A stretch of DNA of 64,000 nt from Chitinophagales bacterium (GCA_049610685.1 JBMYZU010000007.1:10954-74953); one strand, 5' to 3'; positions 37,622-48,136 are shown, numbered from the stretch's first letter. Notes: generated by a model from the letters alone, not told the origin. A program made the numbers and translations.

Positions 37622-38797
37622 TTAACTCTTTTCATTTAAGTCTGTAGAATAGTTCCACGTATCAAAGATTGTTTTCCATTCTTTTTTGATGCGTTCCTCC
37701 AAGTCCGGACGAAGCTTTCGAAAACGATTTTTCTTGTAGCCCTTTACCGATTCAAAGTAGTCAGCGATTGGCCCCTTAGCATCATCCCACCCGGGCAAAC
37801 TAAGCTCCTTATAGATTCGCTCCATTTCAGCGTATCCATTTTGCTCGAAAATATCGAATCGGACTTCGACTAGATTGCCTTCACGAATCATTGACCTTTG
37901 GGCGATATAGCGTTCATAGATGGCCTTGCCCCATTCAATCACGCGATCCTCTTCTTCACGCATGCTAATGAACTGCAAGTATTGAGAAGAAATCATTTTC
38001 CGCATTAAGTGACGCGTAGAAAGGAATACATCATAGGGATTACGATGTATGAAAACAAACTTAGCCTCGGGATAAAGTTCTAGTAGCTCCTGCACTCTTG
38101 GAGTATTCCAAGGATTCTTTAACACCAAGTCATTGGTGCCATTGTATAACGCTATTTGCTGTAGCACATGATTATAATCCTCTTGCCATCCTGCCTTTTC
38201 TTCAGCGCTTATTCCTTGAAAGAGCGTATACTTTTCAAAATAGGACGTCTCCCGTCCAAAGAAAAAACTATGAATTCCGGTATACAGGCTTACCATGGAT
38301 AACGGCTGCTCTTCTTCTGCTGGGGCATCAGCATCTACCTTTACATTATCCTGAGGACGAGTTTCGGGCATAAAGCGGCTTACTACAGGACGTAACCATG
38401 TTTTACTCAATAGGGCCACGGTATAGAGAAAGGTCTGGAAATTGGATAAGTAGCCAAGCCTTGGATCACGTGAAAAGGCATAATGAAGATGGGTAGTACC
38501 ACTTCGCCAGTGACCTAGGATAAATATCGGCGGATTGTTTTCAAATGATATTTTTCGTGCTCTTCGGCCATAAAACACGCGTTGTAACCACTGAAAAAAG
38601 GTTGTGATGGTAACAAAGCGCGAAATAAAAAATGATCGGCGCTTGTAGGGTTTATCCACTGTGTGGAGGCGCCGCAAAGTGTTCCAAAGTTTTGGGCGAG
38701 CCACATAGAGTTGGTGCTCTTTCACCTTGTAGGCACGTTTTGCGGTATTCGACGAATTGTTTTTCGGTGCTGAGGATGGTGTCGATGGTGTGGCCAA
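37622..38797 (-). CDS. Sulfotransferase (Sulfotransfer_3/Stf3-like)
   Basis: PIFILGHWRSGTTHLH (5'-PSB loop), LKNP, FIHRNPYDVFLS (3'-PB); start uncertain (TTG). Confidence 0.88.
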   Translation of the reverse strand: MATPSTPSSAPKNNSSNTAKRAYKVKEHQLYVARPKLWNTLRRLHTVDKPYKRRSFFISRFVTITTFFQWLQRVFYGRRARKISFENNPPIFILGHWRSGTTHLHYAFSRDPRLGYLSNFQTFLYTVALLSKTWLRPVVSRFMPETRPQDNVKVDADAPAEEEQPLSMVSLYTGIHSFFFGRETSYFEKYTLFQGISAEEKAGWQEDYNHVLQQIALYNGTNDLVLKNPWNTPRVQELLELYPEAKFVFIHRNPYDVFLSTRHLMRKMISSQYLQFISMREEEDRVIEWGKAIYERYIAQRSMIREGNLVEVRFDIFEQNGYAEMERIYKELSLPGWDDAKGPIADYFESVKGYKKNRFRKLRPDLEERIKKEWKTIFDTWNYSTDLNEKS

Positions 38798-38972
38798 AAC
38801 CTATTGATTTGATGTTCAAATGATTATACCTAAATCTAGTAATCATTCATGAGAATAATCTTAGCTATAAATCAGCATTAAATATCGAGATTGCCTTAGG
38901 ATTTGATGGACTAAAACAGAACGTTTTTTTACACAATACGTTTACTTTGTATTCGCTGAGTTGATTAACCAT

Positions 38973-39557
38973 ATGAGTTTCCTTTCCAATGTATTGACGC
39001 GCCTGTTTCCCAAAGGTTTAGACCATGTGGAAGTGGATGATGTGTTGAACTACAGCACGGAGGATATTCAGCATTTTGACGAAATCATCAATACCTATAA
39101 TGGTATACAACATTTGACTTCACGACTCCATGAAGTAATTGACAAGGAGTTAATTCATCGACTTCGCGCTAGTGCTTTATGCCAGTTGCAGTGGACCGGC
39201 ATGCCTAATGACTTTTGTTTTGCCTTACATCATGCACTTAAAACGCATTTACTCGATATGTCCTACCGCATTGAACGAGCTCGATTGAAACGCTTCAGTG
39301 AAGGTCAAAACATCTTTGAAGAGCGATATTACTTCTGTAAGCCAAAGCTTCAATATGAGGGAGAGCCTCCAATTCTTATTCAACGCTATGGCAACATTGA
39401 GTTGATAGCCAAAGTGCAGGTAGATCCATCCAATAATCAAGTCTCCGAGGACTTTCCTGTATTAACCATTCGAATACACCACTACGAAGGGCATCAATAT
39501 TCCAAGGTCTTAGCTGCAGAAGATTTGTTTCAAGAATGGATACAACGTCTCAACTGA
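38973..39557 (+). CDS. Hypothetical protein
   Basis: Fills the intergenic gap; ERYYFCKP...QRYGNIEL; no recognised domain. Confidence 0.6.
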   Translation: MSFLSNVLTRLFPKGLDHVEVDDVLNYSTEDIQHFDEIINTYNGIQHLTSRLHEVIDKELIHRLRASALCQLQWTGMPNDFCFALHHALKTHLLDMSYRIERARLKRFSEGQNIFEERYYFCKPKLQYEGEPPILIQRYGNIELIAKVQVDPSNNQVSEDFPVLTIRIHHYEGHQYSKVLAAEDLFQEWIQRLN

Positions 39558-39570
39558 AGAAAACCCTAGT

Positions 39571-40362
39571 TTACCACAGATAAGGAATTAAAATCTTTCG
39601 ATCCCTTGGATAGTCTTCAAAAGACTTTTTATACCATCTATGATTTTCCATAGCGCGAGGAATCAGATTGGCCATAGTCCATACCGCAAACGTTACCGCT
39701 CCAAGATGCCAAGACAATATGGCAAAACCTATCCATTCCATGATTTCTCCAAGTAAATTGGGTGAGCTGATATATCGAAAAAAACCACCATAGGGAATCG
39801 AGTAATGACTCTCCCCTGTCTTTCGTAAGCTGAGTAGAATGGCATCGCTTTGGTGGTTGATAAACATACCCAATCCAAATACAGCAAGTCCTACAATGTG
39901 GTGCCAAGACGTAATCCACTCGCTGAGAGATATGGGATCTTGTTGGGCGAAAGACCAGCCGAGTATTGTCGTATTGCCCAAATTGAATAGAATTGCACTC
40001 ACGACAATCATGTAGGGCATGTGCTTTGCTCGAGATCGAATGCGAAATGGATAAATCCAAGCACGGTAGGTATAATGAATACTCCACAGGACAAGAGGAA
40101 TTGCTGTTCCGGCACTGATTTTACCTTGAAAGAGGTAGAAGAAGACAAAGGTTCCGAGCAGAGCAGGCGTCTCATAGATAAACCATCCTATGTAGGCGGG
40201 AAGCGTGGGTCCCCAACCCTTTCGTACGTGTCGCCCGTAGGGAGCACTTGGACCGAGAATAAGAAATATCATGATGATCCCAGCGGTAATCATCCACCCC
40301 ACCATACATTCTTCCATATGTTGATCCAACCAAATGAGCATAATCCATTGTTTAACCTTCAT
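39571..40362 (-). CDS. 3-oxo-5-alpha-steroid 4-dehydrogenase (steroid 5-alpha-reductase/DET2 family)
   Basis: APYGRH, ETPA, HYTYR, SDAIL..LR, SPNLLGEIMEW.GFA, NL.PRA...H.WY...F.DYP..RK.LIP. Confidence 0.9.
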   Translation of the reverse strand: MKVKQWIMLIWLDQHMEECMVGWMITAGIIMIFLILGPSAPYGRHVRKGWGPTLPAYIGWFIYETPALLGTFVFFYLFQGKISAGTAIPLVLWSIHYTYRAWIYPFRIRSRAKHMPYMIVVSAILFNLGNTTILGWSFAQQDPISLSEWITSWHHIVGLAVFGLGMFINHQSDAILLSLRKTGESHYSIPYGGFFRYISSPNLLGEIMEWIGFAILSWHLGAVTFAVWTMANLIPRAMENHRWYKKSFEDYPRDRKILIPYLW

Positions 40363-40441
40363 GAAGATGCAAAATATTGTCGGATTCGATGCTCACCCAG
40401 TTATTATGGGATGTATTCGTATTTGGCTGTAATTTTAGGGC

Positions 40442-41596
40442 ATGGCAAAAGTCGTTGTTGGATTGAGCGGAGGGGTTGACTCCAGTGTAGCTGCAGCTAA
40501 ACTTCTAGAAGAGGGACATGAAGTCATTGGTATCTTTATGAAGAATTGGCATGACGACAGCGTGACTATATCTGATGATTGTCCTTGGCTCGAAGATTCT
40601 CAAGACGCTCTTCTTGTCGCCGAAAAACTTGGTATACCTTTTCAAACAATTGACTTTAGCAAGGAATACAAAGAACGGATTGTTGACTACATGTTTAATG
40701 AGTATGAGGCCGGACGTACTCCGAATCCTGATGTCTTATGCAATCGTGAAGTGAAGTTTGACATTTTCTTGGACTTTGCCCAAAACCTTGGAGCTGACTT
40801 TGTCGCCACTGGACATTACTGCCGTAAGAGATCAAAAACGGATGAGAAGGGCGAGACCACCTTTGAACTCATCGCAGGCAAGGATAACAACAAAGACCAA
40901 AGCTATTTTCTCTGCCAAATCAATCAAGAGCAATTAGCGCATGCCCTCTTCCCTATTGGCGAATTTGAGAAGCACGAGGTGCGCGCGATGGCAGAAAAAT
41001 TAGACTTAACCACGGCACAAAAGAAAGATTCTCAAGGTCTGTGCTTTATTGGAAAAGTGCGTCTACCGGACTTTCTACAACAAAAGTTAGCCAAAAAAGA
41101 GGGTGAGGTGATTGAGATCGCAAGAGATCATGCCATGTTCTCCAAAGATTGGGGTTACAGTCCCTATGAATTTGACAAACCTGACGGCAAGGTTGTCGGC
41201 AAACATATTGGAGCCCATTTCTACACCATTGGTCAGCGACGTGGGCTGGGCATAGGGGGCTATGAAACGCCACTCTTTGTGCTTGGCACGAACGTCGAGG
41301 AGAATATCATTTTTGTGGGGCAAGGAGAAGACCATCCTGGACTTAATAGAGCCAAAATGTCTATCCCTTTATCCGAATGCCACTGGGTTGATCCCAATGA
41401 ACAACTCAAGGAAGGCGAAACATGGAAAGGAAAGGCAAGGATTCGATACCGCCAGCCCCTTCAAGAAGTTACTTTGCGGCGCAAGGATGATCATATCACC
41501 TTTGATTTTGACTTAGCCCAACGAGGTATAAGCCCTGGGCAATTTGTTGCATGGTATGCCGAAGACGTCCTTGTAGGCAGTGGAGTAATCCAATAA
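40442..41596 (+). CDS. mnmA: tRNA-specific 2-thiouridylase
   Basis: SGGVDS, TPNPDVLCN, ATGHY, KDQSYFL, KKDSQGLCF, TIGQRRG, RYRQ, PGQ. Confidence 0.98.
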   Translation: MAKVVVGLSGGVDSSVAAAKLLEEGHEVIGIFMKNWHDDSVTISDDCPWLEDSQDALLVAEKLGIPFQTIDFSKEYKERIVDYMFNEYEAGRTPNPDVLCNREVKFDIFLDFAQNLGADFVATGHYCRKRSKTDEKGETTFELIAGKDNNKDQSYFLCQINQEQLAHALFPIGEFEKHEVRAMAEKLDLTTAQKKDSQGLCFIGKVRLPDFLQQKLAKKEGEVIEIARDHAMFSKDWGYSPYEFDKPDGKVVGKHIGAHFYTIGQRRGLGIGGYETPLFVLGTNVEENIIFVGQGEDHPGLNRAKMSIPLSECHWVDPNEQLKEGETWKGKARIRYRQPLQEVTLRRKDDHITFDFDLAQRGISPGQFVAWYAEDVLVGSGVIQ

Positions 41597-41611
41597 CGTC
41601 ATACAGTAAAA

Positions 41612-42688
41612 TTATTCAGGGTGATCCACCACCTCAGAAGGCACATACCCCACGTCAACTGTTCGAATCAGGTTTCCGCTTGAATCATAATGCTCAATCG
41701 CCCCATTTGTGACAAAATCCTTGGCATCGGATACAATGAAATCCCCATTATTTAGAACACTAAGGCCATAGATCGCCTGCGCTGTTGTGTTCCAAGCTAA
41801 GGAAGGTGGAGTGTCACCCACAATTTTGAAAATGTCAGAGGCTAGGTTAAAATAGAGGGTGTTGGAATTTTTGTCGAAGGCTATACTATTAGGGCGATCT
41901 TCATTAAAACGGATGATTTCTCTTGAGGTTTTATCGAACAAATTGACTTCCACAATCTGACCTGCCACATCGTTAGAGGCATTACCTAAACATAGGACGT
42001 AAAATAGATAATCTTCGCTTCCTTCTATCATTTGGATGGGATCTTCCGGCAGGACAATGTTATCTCTTAGTTCTAAATCTTTTGATAACAGCAGCACTTC
42101 GGATATGGGGGATCCCTGACCATATACGGATCGATGGAGAACAGCAATGCCATTGGAACGATAAGGGAAAATATACTCTGTCCATCCATAGAGATCAATG
42201 GCGGCATCAATACAACCCGATTGAGGTTCGATTCGAACAAATTGACGGCTAAACAAGTCAGACACATAAACTCCTCCCTCATCATTAACATGGGCATACC
42301 TTGGCGAGGTAAAGCCTGCGATGGTTCTTCGCGGAGTTAAGGTATTCGGATCTAGAATCTCAATCTTTTGAGAATTGTTTACTACAAGAATCAGGTCATT
42401 ATTCATCCAATAGACATCTTGTAGAATATCACCAAGTGCATAACCTGCTTGATCAGCGAAAGCGTTGGGAAGTAAATCGCCAGTAGATGGATTATACAAA
42501 TCAATGGATGCATTCCCTCGTGTAAAGCCACCCTCGCAAGCAATAATGACATAATCTGATAAATCAATGCCGTCAACTGAGGATTCCGCCTCATACACTA
42601 CAAGACCATCAAGGCAGACGAATTCGTCTTTCTTACACCCTGTAATCAGCAGTAGACTAAGGACTAAGGTGCCAAGACAGCGTGACAT
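41612..42688 (-). CDS. YncE/BtuG-like beta-propeller surface lipoprotein
   Basis: Lipobox LLITGC followed by KKDE; CEGGF..GNASI, LGD..Q, VVNNS.KIE, TSPRY, DAKDFV.NG; start uncertain (42688 or 42712). Confidence 0.82.
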   Translation of the reverse strand: MSRCLGTLVLSLLLITGCKKDEFVCLDGLVVYEAESSVDGIDLSDYVIIACEGGFTRGNASIDLYNPSTGDLLPNAFADQAGYALGDILQDVYWMNNDLILVVNNSQKIEILDPNTLTPRRTIAGFTSPRYAHVNDEGGVYVSDLFSRQFVRIEPQSGCIDAAIDLYGWTEYIFPYRSNGIAVLHRSVYGQGSPISEVLLLSKDLELRDNIVLPEDPIQMIEGSEDYLFYVLCLGNASNDVAGQIVEVNLFDKTSREIIRFNEDRPNSIAFDKNSNTLYFNLASDIFKIVGDTPPSLAWNTTAQAIYGLSVLNNGDFIVSDAKDFVTNGAIEHYDSSGNLIRTVDVGYVPSEVVDHPE

Positions 42689-44606
42689 CAAGGGCAGTTT
42701 GTGGTGTCGCATATCCAACAATGGTTTGATATTCTGTAAACGTAACGTTATTCCAAGCAAAAGATGTTTCAAGGCGTTGATTTTTCCATCTCCAATTTTT
42801 TGCAACATGCAGACTACACGTTGTGTAAGGGGCTAAGGTTGTAGATTGGTCAACGTAACGAGAAGATTCTCCCTGAATCGTCGCACGTATCATCCAATCG
42901 CGCCAAGACCATGTTACTTTGCTATCCCACTGATAGTTGGCAACATAGGGCACTTGATCAACAATGCCTTGTCCAGAGATTTTTTCAATATTGCGTCTAG
43001 CCGCAGTACCAGACCACGCCAAATGCATCTGATTAAAATCCTTCCGAACACCAAGCGTTAATTCTCCCCCATAGCTTCGAACTTCCCCAATGTTTTCGGG
43101 CATCCATTGCTGTGTAGATTGGGGCAACCACAATATGTAATCCGTCAAATGCGAATAATATGTCTTGAGCTGAAGAAGGGCTCGATTATTGTGTTCGAGA
43201 GAAATCGAAAGCTCCCCTGTTTGGCTAAACTCAGGACGTAGGTCAGGATTCCCGCTATTTATCCAATAGCGATCATTCAGCGATGGCCAACGCTGAGACT
43301 GCCAATAGCCTATGGAATAGGACAACGTATAGGGCTTTGTGGGACTTGTATATCGAATGGTATCCTCTCGACCAAAAGACACCGAACCTGATAGCTCTCC
43401 TTGAGGCAGCAATCGAGAACTGTAGTTTTCTAAGGCTACAAGATTGGCTTGAAGCTTTGTTTTCAAAAAAGGTTTGAAGTGATAACGTATTCGATAGGAC
43501 TCGTTGACTTCCCACTGACAATATTGGCTTTCATTGTAGTTATTGGTCGTAAGCCTATCATGATAAAAAGCACCCTGATAGGATAGATAGAGTTTCTTAC
43601 GCCAGTTCAGCTCTAATCGATTGGATAATTGAGCAGATTGGGATCGGTTTTCTTTCGGCTCACTCCCCTCAAAGAGTGAGAACTGACTTTGATAGGTTCG
43701 AAGTCCTAAAAGCGGTTCATAGTATATATCCCATGATCTTCGTGTGTAGAAATAGATTTTAGCCTTGGCAACATGACCCGTATTCAGCTCACGAATGGAT
43801 TCTGTACTGCGCAGTTCGAAGACAGTAGGCGGTATGCTTGCATCGGCATGTTGTGCGTACGACGAAATCTCTAGATAACCATCGCTTCGTCCGCCTACCC
43901 AAAGGATATTCTTCCAATGGGCTTGATAAAATGCCCTTCTCGTATCTGCATCTTGCAATCGTTCATAGGGCTGACCAGGAAGACTCATCACCCGATAGCG
44001 AAAATTATTCTTCGTAAAATCATAACCTCCTGTAACGGATAGCGATCCATTATCATAGACTTTATCCCAGCCAATATCATGTGCTATGTGGCGATAGGTG
44101 CCCATAACCTGTCGTATTCTCAGGGCACTTTGACTTAACTGAGGGGATGCGATGTGCAGCATACCGCCTGCCGTGACATGACTTGCCTCAAACGACAAAT
44201 CCTCTCGACCGCTCAAGGGTAAGATGCTTGCATTCACTTGGCTGATATCAGGGGAGTTTATTCTTAGCCCATTAAAAGAGACCTGCGTGTGCGCAGCAGA
44301 CATTCCTCGAAAGCTAAGGCTGGATAATTGTCCTGTACCATAATGTCTAATTTGAATACTCTTTTCTGAAGCAAAGCTGTTTAAGCTAGATTCTATTTTG
44401 GGATTTAGTGCCTTATCCAGGGACGGAAAAATAGAAAGCGGAATGGGTCGTATGACTACACTACACAACATCTCGGAAAGCTCGGTAGAATCCTCACTAT
44501 CTGCAATGGTATCATGATCTAGGGATTGCCCATAGCTAAAGGAAAGCCCTACGCACAAAACACACAGCAAGACTACACGCCTAAAATCACCTCGACAACT
44601 GTCCAT
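42657..44606 (-). CDS. TonB-dependent receptor, BtuB-like (cobalamin)
   Basis: Plug YG.GQLSSLSFRG.SAAHTQV.FNG; P.LNDRYW...GNPDLRPE; YILWLP; under riboswitch control. Confidence 0.85.
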   Translation of the reverse strand: MDSCRGDFRRVVLLCVLCVGLSFSYGQSLDHDTIADSEDSTELSEMLCSVVIRPIPLSIFPSLDKALNPKIESSLNSFASEKSIQIRHYGTGQLSSLSFRGMSAAHTQVSFNGLRINSPDISQVNASILPLSGREDLSFEASHVTAGGMLHIASPQLSQSALRIRQVMGTYRHIAHDIGWDKVYDNGSLSVTGGYDFTKNNFRYRVMSLPGQPYERLQDADTRRAFYQAHWKNILWVGGRSDGYLEISSYAQHADASIPPTVFELRSTESIRELNTGHVAKAKIYFYTRRSWDIYYEPLLGLRTYQSQFSLFEGSEPKENRSQSAQLSNRLELNWRKKLYLSYQGAFYHDRLTTNNYNESQYCQWEVNESYRIRYHFKPFLKTKLQANLVALENYSSRLLPQGELSGSVSFGREDTIRYTSPTKPYTLSYSIGYWQSQRWPSLNDRYWINSGNPDLRPEFSQTGELSISLEHNNRALLQLKTYYSHLTDYILWLPQSTQQWMPENIGEVRSYGGELTLGVRKDFNQMHLAWSGTAARRNIEKISGQGIVDQVPYVANYQWDSKVTWSWRDWMIRATIQGESSRYVDQSTTLAPYTTCSLHVAKNWRWKNQRLETSFAWNNVTFTEYQTIVGYATPQTALDVTLSWHLSP

Positions 44607-45487
44607 TGATTATTTGATTGGTTGTATTCCACAATCCACTGATAACCTTTTGCCACCTTGGTCATTGATGTTATCGGAGTCCTCATTCCTTGAGTGTCTA
44701 TAACCCAAAGTTTATCATTGATATAATGAGTTAGTGATTGCCCAGTATTGAGAAAGATTGCTGAGCTAGGAAGATTAGCAATAGTCTCTATCGAGGTTAG
44801 TGCGTTATAATCCTTGACATATGCCACAGCATCTAAATCGAAACCCGAAGAAGCGTAGGGCGTAGGATAAGGATCATTGATAAGATTTCCCTGGCTATCA
44901 TAACTACCTAATGTAGGATCTACGATTCCAATGACATCCACACATCGAACGTAATACACCGTATCAAATGAATTAAGTGTGTCGATTTCTTCTAGATCAA
45001 AGAGTGTCCCGATTTGAACTGGGTGAATACCTGCAAATCCATGAATATCATAGGCCATGATACCTCCAAAACCGTTCACCTGCCCGTTGGTTTGGGTAAG
45101 CGACTGGCAGGGGAATCGGTGATACTCAATTCCATCCGTCGATACTTCTACAAAAGCCAGTTCAGCAAAGAACTGACCACCTCCCATATCCATAGCATTT
45201 TCAAAAATGGCAAAGTCCGGTCCATTCCCATTTGGGATGCCTGAAGCAAAAAAATAGGTAGCCGCTCCCCCATCTCCAAGGCTTACAACATTGCCATCCG
45301 CTTCTCCAAGCGCATCAGATACGACACCAGAACCGGCTAAGCCTAGCGAAGAATCTGCAAGGTCTTGATATCCTCGCATGATTTGCACACTATCCCCCCA
45401 TGAGACAATAGCTGGATCCGTGAACGCTACTTGAGACCATCCCCACTGAGCAATGAGGGCCATCCACACTGTAAGTCGAAGCATCAT
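44573..45487 (-). CDS. Secreted cell-surface protein (BtuH-like module, degenerate CTD)
   Basis: Signal peptide; VVSLGDGG...F...I.NG.GPDF.IFENA...ELAFVEVS.DG; INDPYPTP..SSGFDLDAV. Confidence 0.65.
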   Translation of the reverse strand: MMLRLTVWMALIAQWGWSQVAFTDPAIVSWGDSVQIMRGYQDLADSSLGLAGSGVVSDALGEADGNVVSLGDGGAATYFFASGIPNGNGPDFAIFENAMDMGGGQFFAELAFVEVSTDGIEYHRFPCQSLTQTNGQVNGFGGIMAYDIHGFAGIHPVQIGTLFDLEEIDTLNSFDTVYYVRCVDVIGIVDPTLGSYDSQGNLINDPYPTPYASSGFDLDAVAYVKDYNALTSIETIANLPSSAIFLNTGQSLTHYINDKLWVIDTQGMRTPITSMTKVAKGYQWIVEYNQSNNQWTVVEVILGV

Positions 45488-46626
45488 GAACGCAAAATGG
45501 GTTTAACCACGACACGACCATCCTGCAGCGTAACCATCACTAATGCCATACCCTTCCAAGAAGTTCGCCATTCAATAAGGTTGTTTAAGAAGTTGAATTC
45601 CACGGCTTGACCATTATTCCGAATAACATCAACGCGCTCAATAGGATAATCACAAGTAATCTCAATAGATTCCGCACTCGGATTAGGCCATACCTTAAGC
45701 AGACTTGCGTCAAGGACTACAATCCCCGGATTAACTCCTTGCGCAGGCACAGGTGATCTTGGAAAGATTGCTGGAGGATAATTAGGGTAAGAACAGCCAA
45801 ACCAATCTCCATTCTTAATCACAGTAGACAGGCCTGCATTGGTCATCCAATAGCCATTAGTCGTAGTCGACCAGGTATTCCAATAATTTGGATTTCCTGC
45901 TAAGCCTGAATCACTTTGGTAGATGATATCGTTTAAGAACCCTCCAGCCGCATCAAATGCCAAGGCGAAGTAGTTCTGTTCGGCTAATTGTAACAACGCT
46001 TCCGCACTAATGCTGTCATCGAACAATATGCCCCATGCATAGGACTTTGGATTTCCTGACTCATTAAGGAAGTCAATCACTAAAATAGCCGAATCACTTC
46101 CCAACCCTGCCCATTCAACAAGACTAGCCGCTGTAAAATCACTTGGATTGTTGATTGCCACAGCGGTATCAGGCCCTAGAAGATTCGCGGTGTCGGTAAA
46201 GGATAAGCCGTAGTATTCGTTAGGATATATACGATCTGTCCATGAGGAGGAAAATGTCCATCGATTGGGGTCAGCGGAACTCTTAAAAAATGCCCACGCC
46301 TTATTATTTTCTAAGGATTTACCTGTATAATCATCGCCTAAGGAGACGCTATCAATATTGCCGAAAATGTCAAAAACATTCAGGTTGTCGTCAGCAGAAA
46401 GCACCGCATTAACCATTTGGAATCCTGCTATAGAATCATCAAAAGCCACTGACCAATAAAATGATGAAGGCGGGTCCCATGCACCGGCTGATTGAAAGTC
46501 TACGACAAGGTAAGCCGTATCCGGCCCATCACCGACGACAAAGGTTGAAGCATTAAAAACATAAGCATTTTGTGCGTATACCGCACTGCAAAGTAGAGCA
46601 AATAGCCCTATACAAAAACGTACCAT
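45484..46626 (-). CDS. T9SS-secreted protein with two tandem homologous domains, riboswitch-controlled
   Basis: Repeat G.G.D.A.LV.DF.......S..W...FDDSI occurs twice; C-terminal VWPNPS...NGQ sorting domain; start ATG 46626. Confidence 0.7.
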   Translation of the reverse strand: MVRFCIGLFALLCSAVYAQNAYVFNASTFVVGDGPDTAYLVVDFQSAGAWDPPSSFYWSVAFDDSIAGFQMVNAVLSADDNLNVFDIFGNIDSVSLGDDYTGKSLENNKAWAFFKSSADPNRWTFSSSWTDRIYPNEYYGLSFTDTANLLGPDTAVAINNPSDFTAASLVEWAGLGSDSAILVIDFLNESGNPKSYAWGILFDDSISAEALLQLAEQNYFALAFDAAGGFLNDIIYQSDSGLAGNPNYWNTWSTTTNGYWMTNAGLSTVIKNGDWFGCSYPNYPPAIFPRSPVPAQGVNPGIVVLDASLLKVWPNPSAESIEITCDYPIERVDVIRNNGQAVEFNFLNNLIEWRTSWKGMALVMVTLQDGRVVVKPILRS

Positions 46627-46675
46627 AGAAAGGTCATTTATAGCGTGCAATCCCCGACACCCTGTTAAAAATATC

Positions 46676-46836
46676 GTAAGGCAGGTCTCCTGACTTATCC
46701 CATCTTATGCCCCTTCCCATGATCCATTTTCATCACAGTGGCCTACTACATAAGCTTTAAAGACTTACAGTTGCGAGGACAGCTATGGATTTTCACCATA
46801 TTCCCTTTTCACTTCTTTTACCAAGCACCTTACTCT
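46676..46836 (-). ncRNA. Cobalamin riboswitch
   Basis: Minus strand: AAGGTGC...AAAAGGGAATATGGTGAAAATCCATAGCTGTCCTCGCAACTGTAA...GCCACTG...GGGAAGG...AAGTCAGGAGACCTGCC (B12 box); upstream of btuB/btuG-like genes. Confidence 0.95.
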
Positions 46837-46901
46837 CTAAAGATATGAACTCCTCGACTAGGAAGTCTGTTTTTATTCCACAGGAATAGACAACGTGTAT
46901 A

Positions 46902-47738
46902 TTATTGACGTTTTGTGACGTGTTTTGTCCTCGTCTGAGCAATCGCATCATTGATATCATGCCCGAGGAGTACGAAGGTTGCACAGAAGTAAAGCCAGAG
47001 CAATAAGGAAAGATTTTGGCCTATAATCCCCCCTACCGACTTATGAGCAAAGAAGTGAGTCTGAATCCAACTATAAACAAGAGATAATACAAAGAGGCTG
47101 ATAGCCGTCAGAAAGGTGCCTGGCGAAAAGAAATGCTCTTTGTGCTTGATACTGCTCCCATAACGATGAATCACCGCAATGTTAAGTACTAAAAGACCGA
47201 ATTTAGCTAGACCAGCAAGAATAGAATGAAAGGTTGAGGCTTGTTGTAACGAATAAGCATTTAGACCAAAAAGAAGTACAATACTTGTGAGAAGCATCAT
47301 TGTTAAGCTAAAACCAACCGATTTGTTGCGAAAATAGCCCCAAGACTCGTAGTGATTTTCGACCTTATTCATGGCACGGATCAGCATGACCATTCCCTTT
47401 GATGTAAAGTACAGTAGCATCACAACACTGAGTAATATCGTCCATATGGATTGGCTGTCATAGCCATGCGACACATTGTCTACAAAAACACTACTTCCTA
47501 TGCTCGAGGGGAACAGAAATGAAATACTCGGCTCTAAATGGACCATAGATAGCTTATGGTCAAGTTGATCAACTACTTCATAAAAGAGAGATATAAAGGG
47601 GAATATGGCCACATAAAAACTAAACGCCACTGCCTGAGCCCTGATGTCAATCGGGTGCTTTCGAAAACTCTCAATGACTACCTGCACAAAGGTTACTAAC
47701 CAATAAATAATTGTCATAACAGGGTTTAGAGGACACAA
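46902..47738 (-). CDS. YihY/virulence factor BrkB family membrane protein
   Basis: AQAVAFSFYVAIFP, AMNK, SPG, LLLWLY...LLG..IN; multiple TM helices. Confidence 0.85.
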   Translation of the reverse strand: MCPLNPVMTIIYWLVTFVQVVIESFRKHPIDIRAQAVAFSFYVAIFPFISLFYEVVDQLDHKLSMVHLEPSISFLFPSSIGSSVFVDNVSHGYDSQSIWTILLSVVMLLYFTSKGMVMLIRAMNKVENHYESWGYFRNKSVGFSLTMMLLTSIVLLFGLNAYSLQQASTFHSILAGLAKFGLLVLNIAVIHRYGSSIKHKEHFFSPGTFLTAISLFVLSLVYSWIQTHFFAHKSVGGIIGQNLSLLLWLYFCATFVLLGHDINDAIAQTRTKHVTKRQ

Positions 47739-48136
47739 TATTTTTCCAACGCCGCCACAAAAGCATCAGGGCAAGCCACGGGACGCCGACGCGTTCGATC
47801 TAAAAAGATTAACTCCACTTCACTTTCATTAATTAATCGGTCTTTCACAAACAATTCGGTTTTGTACGTTATCGTTTTACCGATTCCACCAAGAATAACA
47901 GCCTTAGCTTGTATAAGATCATCATAAACTGCGATGCCTCGATACGTAATATTCATACGAAGTACAGGCATTAAAACGCCTTGTTCTTCCATAGATGCAT
48001 AGGACAGCCCTTCAGCTCGAATCATCTCCGCCCGCACGACTTCAAGATACCGCGCATAATTTCCATAATACACCATACCCATGGCATCCGTCTCTTCGTA
48101 GCGAACCCGTATATCGTATCGAAAGGCATCGTTCAT
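47726..48136 (-). CDS. YbgC/FadM family acyl-CoA thioesterase
   Basis: RVRYEETDAMGMVYYGNY..YLEV.R hotdog motif. Confidence 0.9.
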   Translation of the reverse strand: MNDAFRYDIRVRYEETDAMGMVYYGNYARYLEVVRAEMIRAEGLSYASMEEQGVLMPVLRMNITYRGIAVYDDLIQAKAVILGGIGKTITYKTELFVKDRLINESEVELIFLDRTRRRPVACPDAFVAALEKYCVL

